A DNA stretch of 64,000 bases from a bacterium (GTDB lineage Bacteria; Armatimonadota; Zipacnadia; Zipacnadales; Zipacnadaceae). Each line of letters begins with the position of its first letter. Position 1 is the stretch's first letter. A program made the translations under genes and the position numbers. The stretch covers positions 11,847-75,846 of the forward strand of contig JAUWYY010000006.1 in NCBI GenBank assembly GCA_030615605.1, given 5' to 3'. The notes under the pieces were generated by a model. The model was not told the DNA's origin. It saw only the letters and a program-made list of their open reading frames with translations, and made no database searches. Of this stretch, positions 61,401 through 64,000 are shown piece by piece.

Positions 61401-62670
61401 CGTCGGCTATGCGCTTGATAGCGCTTGACAGTTGCTTGGTATCTGTTTGCTGTAACATCCGCTGTCGAGCGACGCGGGTCATCTGCTGGGTGGACAGTTC
61501 AAGACTGTTTTGATACAAGCTACGCAGGCTGCTCACCAGGTACGGCTCAAGCCCGGTGATGTGCTCCCAGCCGTCTTCGATGGCCAGGATAATGTGCAGT
61601 GGCTCTATATTGCTGCGCTGGGATAGAAACTCCAGGAAGCTGCAGTCACTGTGAGCGGCCTTGCTATCCACGCTGGCAAAGAATTCAGACAGATCGTCAA
61701 TGAGCCATATCGCGCCGCCGAGCCGTTGTTCACTGAGGATTTGCAGCACGCGGGAGAGCCGTTCGCTGCGAGATTGACGGAAATCCAGCGGATAGCCGAC
61801 CTGCTGAGCAACTTGCTGAGCGGCAGCTATTGCCTCGGCTGGTTCGCGGCGGCGCAACTGCTGCCAAGTGGTATAGCCACCGACGTGCTGCCGGGCCCGT
61901 TCGTTGAGCTGTTCGCCGTATCTGGGCACGACGTGTTGCTCAATCAGTGCCATTGCATATGACTGCTGGGAGAGTGGTACGGTGATGTCGTACTTGGGGC
62001 GGGCGAGCTCCCGGGCAGTGCAATCGAAGATAATGTCCTCCAGATGCTCCTGATCTGCGCGGTGTTCAGATAGAGGCACCGGGACGATTAGTCTCGGCGG
62101 GGTTTGCTGCAGTGCCTGGTGAATTGCCGGCAGGTGGGGATGACTGTCCCGGAAGGTTTGCCGGGCGGCGGGGTATTCCAGTAGCAGGGCAATCGCTGCC
62201 AGCAGGTGTGACTTGCCACTGCGGGCCGGACCCTGCACGATTATACTTGAACCCTCATCGGCACCGGCGACAATTGACTCAACAATTGTCTGTAGAGCTT
62301 GCCCCGCTTCGTCGTCCTCGGTTGCGACGTAACTGTCCAGCAAGTCGCCAAGCTGGCTTGCCGCTGGCAGGGAAAGCTCCCCTGGCTGCTGGGCCAGCTC
62401 CTCGCGTAAGGAGTCCAGGTTGCCCAGTGATACCGGCGTGGTCTGCTCAGGACAGTGGATTAGCTCTCCAATGGTTGGTAACAAAGATGTCTCACCCGAC
62501 AGGCAGGCTGGTCGGATCTGGTCAAATGCCTCTAAGAAAGTTGTCCGCACCCGCTGAGGATAAGACCATATTCGTGGCGCGATGGGATATCCCTTCTTGC
62601 TTGCTCGAATTTGTGCATAATTTTCTTCCGATTGGTCGGATAAGAGAGTCGGCCCCAACAGTAGTCGCAA
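58456..62670 (-). CDS. large (1404 aa) P-loop NTPase of unknown function (BrxC/COG1483-like or STAND-like candidate)
   Basis: Uninterrupted 4.2-kb ORF with probable TTG start. Walker A VQGPARSGKSHLL (about aa 145-157; nt ~62200-62240) and putative Walker B AIWLIDDLSEF (about aa 320). About 1000 aa of mostly alpha-helical sequence follow, and a Cys/His cluster CCH-x16-CPQC lies near the C-terminus. Confidence 0.65.
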   Translation of the reverse strand: MRLLLGPTLLSDQSEENYAQIRASKKGYPIAPRIWSYPQRVRTTFLEAFDQIRPACLSGETSLLPTIGELIHCPEQTTPVSLGNLDSLREELAQQPGELSLPAASQLGDLLDSYVATEDDEAGQALQTIVESIVAGADEGSSIIVQGPARSGKSHLLAAIALLLEYPAARQTFRDSHPHLPAIHQALQQTPPRLIVPVPLSEHRADQEHLEDIIFDCTARELARPKYDITVPLSQQSYAMALIEQHVVPRYGEQLNERARQHVGGYTTWQQLRRREPAEAIAAAQQVAQQVGYPLDFRQSRSERLSRVLQILSEQRLGGAIWLIDDLSEFFASVDSKAAHSDCSFLEFLSQRSNIEPLHIILAIEDGWEHITGLEPYLVSSLRSLYQNSLELSTQQMTRVARQRMLQQTDTKQLSSAIKRIADAYQTAFGKASFGAEQLEQTYPLHPLAHQCIQVIIERYGRAADGLLQFAAAPARAGGLRAFEDRADFELIGPAELVDYIHTATGSHPQVSPYFNEVLDFYQRNIDQLVPEDPQVALQVIRAMVVLRLGNVPSAAATIAECLGVDENGAARLPAERARQLLEALHLSSNYVDVRRGPEPESSVYLIDAHTNLTNLVRQRLNAVKGTFASDDSRLWQRIVAASDSPALPLSELTRKQPYEVIWENTLRCVAAQIANLSNLTLSQLRACAAELADPATPEDCQLFIGQLVRVAEQRQAWTHLQEVADKARWHSGLVAWLPRPLTAEEVDVAKECAACHQLLQQPPPEVELQGAWRGRLLEEYMTLESQLRQIVVEAYYNGEISTLSSDTIPADQLPATAGDWLASLAQVSAPSFAALFPDFASVAPRRVLTSEDQISRVIAGLIAPGEVTAPPGSSIRELAEAFLAPLELVEAEGDNLRIDVSDSPVADEIMRRIRQRDQTPQHEQGRPLSCADLAQHLLKSPLGLPPHLFELTAAVLVRLGYVVALDTDQRALRFEQIELPFAAHVRYLARPALLPLSSWQALSKVVRAVLDRGISGPSLRTQHQIWQELVAGRQQQLSRLSQISQQLDQLIAALDQSAPQWEKAARDLDAATEFYEMIDPNKASSEGISEFVAGLEPHLDNDDESMLLRKLLRRVDGLEEFLQRLGPELIKVKQYVTSSLLQLPDTGQLPHRRDELLEAVESGEEIIRNQLAFHRAVQIFLTRYKRHYLNWHSQAHRNPAFEHYRRFRASPDFRALSQLQGLDIQVEYDAAQIGEIIENLIARCCHNPNLGEDLGQQPICPQCRLRLGQELQLPPVQQLQEATQEGLDQYFSALSGPSLREKLNIYAQALPPRTEVASKLQAIVGLSDQPSPRQILSLLTDDVIGHINRVLAGKTLIPRDFGQLRDALADRALTKREAQVLFATWLEGSDQELDSDDILQIEE

Positions 62671-62819
62671 ATCGGAGAAGGGATAATGTGCGGTTCGACG
62701 AAATTAGACTAGAGTTCGTTGGGGCGTCGTGTTTGTGGTTGCCGGGAGCCAGTGTACACGTTCAATGTCGCCACAGGCGACGTCAGGGTCCGACGCCGGG
62801 CCCGAGGAGGAAGTTACTG

Positions 62820-63470
62820 ATGAATCGAACGCTAGGTTTTCTGATAATGGCGGTTGCCCTGATCTATCTCCTGGTATCGGTTACTGATTTTCTTCCCAAA
62901 TACACCGCTGTACCTGAGCTGGTTGATAACCAGGAAAGACTGGGGCTGAGTACGACTACCACCAACTTGCGCTTCCATATCAGTATGGAGATTGTGGTGG
63001 ACGTCATAGTCGTAGGATTGATAGGGATTCTGGGCTGGTGGTTGACCACCACGGAAACCCAGCAATACGCCTACTGGACTATCTTCATTGTGGTGCTGAT
63101 CGGTTTGATTGTACTCTGGAGTACGCCCCTGTTACCCTTCAAGGTCGCGCGGATATCACCGCAGGGGGCATTCTACTACGCGCAGGTTGAGGTGGAACTG
63201 GCTGCGGATACCACTGAGCAAGGCTGGGTCATCATTCCGACAAAGCAGAACCAGCGCGTGGCAGTAACCGAGACTTATCAAGACGAGCGATCTATTGGCA
63301 AGAAAGAGATAGTCCTGGAATTCACTGATAATAACACGCTCAACCAGTACCTGGGTACGGCTGGGCCGGTGACCGTGCTAGGACGGATGAAGGGCACGCG
63401 CAATCTGGCTTACGACAACTTTATCTACACGGTACCTGGTTTCCAAGTCCTGAAGGTGCGGGGAGGCTGA
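62820..63470 (+). CDS. hypothetical 3-TM membrane protein with C-terminal soluble domain (216 aa)
   Basis: ATG 62820 with GAGGAGG RBS; TM helices at aa ~6-22, 56-76, 84-104. The ORF-track start at 62112 is an artefactual extension overlapping the opposite-strand NTPase gene. Confidence 0.5.
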   Translation: MNRTLGFLIMAVALIYLLVSVTDFLPKYTAVPELVDNQERLGLSTTTTNLRFHISMEIVVDVIVVGLIGILGWWLTTTETQQYAYWTIFIVVLIGLIVLWSTPLLPFKVARISPQGAFYYAQVEVELAADTTEQGWVIIPTKQNQRVAVTETYQDERSIGKKEIVLEFTDNNTLNQYLGTAGPVTVLGRMKGTRNLAYDNFIYTVPGFQVLKVRGG

Positions 63471-63616
63471 ACGGGGCGGATTCTCCGGCAGCAGGATAAT
63501 GCCGGATCCTGGCCGGGGCAGGCCACCTTGATGCGCAATATTGACCTTCCTGGAGAATCTTCGTTTTCCTAGTTGCTTTTTTCCAATTGAGCTGCTAACA
63601 CAGGAGGATTGACGCT

Positions 63617-64000
63617 TTGAAAGGCACGATTATCAAGCAAATCCTGGCCGACCATCTGGTCGCAGGCCAACTTGAGCCCGGCCAGGATGTTGCGATTGTC
63701 ATAGACCAGACCCTGACCCAGGATGTCGCCGGTACGATGGCCTATCTGCAGTTTGAGGAGCTAGGCCTAGAGAGGGTGCATACTGAGCTGGCGGTCAGCT
63801 ATGTAGATCACAATACTCTGCAGACCGGTTTTGAGAATGCTGACGACCACCGCTTCCTGCAGACCGTGGCTACGAAGCGGGGAGTCTATTTCTCGCGGCC
63901 GGGCAATGGCATCTGCCATCAGGTGCATCTGGAGCGCTTCGGCATGCCCGGCAAGACTCTCCTGGGCTCGGACAGTCACACGCCCACCGCTGGCGGCCTG
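63617..64000 (+). CDS. aconitase-family hydratase large subunit (3-isopropylmalate dehydratase LeuC / homoaconitase-like), 5' partial at the window end
   Basis: TTG start with AGGAGGA RBS; N-terminal aconitase motifs (DQTLTQDVAG..., GNGICHQVHLE, GSDSHTPTAGGL). Runs off the window. Confidence 0.7.
   Translation, partial: MKGTIIKQILADHLVAGQLEPGQDVAIVIDQTLTQDVAGTMAYLQFEELGLERVHTELAVSYVDHNTLQTGFENADDHRFLQTVATKRGVYFSRPGNGICHQVHLERFGMPGKTLLGSDSHTPTAGGL

Noticed and set aside
62112-62819. N-terminal 236-aa extension of the ORF-track CDS 62112-63470
   Set aside because: It overlaps the 5' end of the opposite-strand 1404-aa gene and lacks an RBS. A strong GAGGAGG + ATG at 62820 begins a coherent membrane protein, so only 62820-63470 was kept.

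Overview
High-GC (about 60%+) bacterial chromosomal window, probably from a diderm organism since LptA/OstA-like and LptC-like genes are present. The left 12 kb is an 11-gene NADH:quinone oxidoreductase operon, nuoABCDHIJKLMN, with no nuoEFG in the window. Housekeeping genes follow: polyprenyl synthetase, a SPOR protein, TldD/PmbA, the ybeY-7TM-HD-phoH cluster, HIT, mreB, an M24 peptidase, smc and ftsY. A reverse-strand envelope block runs ftsW/rodA -> unknown -> TPR-HExxH metalloprotease -> HEAT-repeat lipoprotein. After ogt comes a 2042-aa secreted giant protein with carboxypeptidase-regulatory-like repeats and a FlgD-Ig/T9SS-like C-terminal domain, followed by a small related lipoprotein. 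Then the gmk-coaBC-metK-priA-def-fmt block, an orphan corrinoid-protein/RACo pair, a flippase-like gene plus two YfhO/GT-C membrane proteins, and an M48 protease. At the right end a 1404-aa P-loop NTPase of unknown function sits upstream of the LptC-like and LptA/OstA-like genes and divergent from a 3-TM membrane protein; the window ends in a partial aconitase-family (LeuC-like) gene. The most unusual items are a lower-GC gene with a C-terminal PD-(D/E)xK nuclease signature placed after ybeY, a 22-bp perfect inverted repeat between smc and ftsY, the giant surface protein with its novel repeats, the methyltransferase-less corrinoid/RACo pair, and the large NTPase. No tRNA, rRNA, CRISPR array, transposase or integrase was seen.
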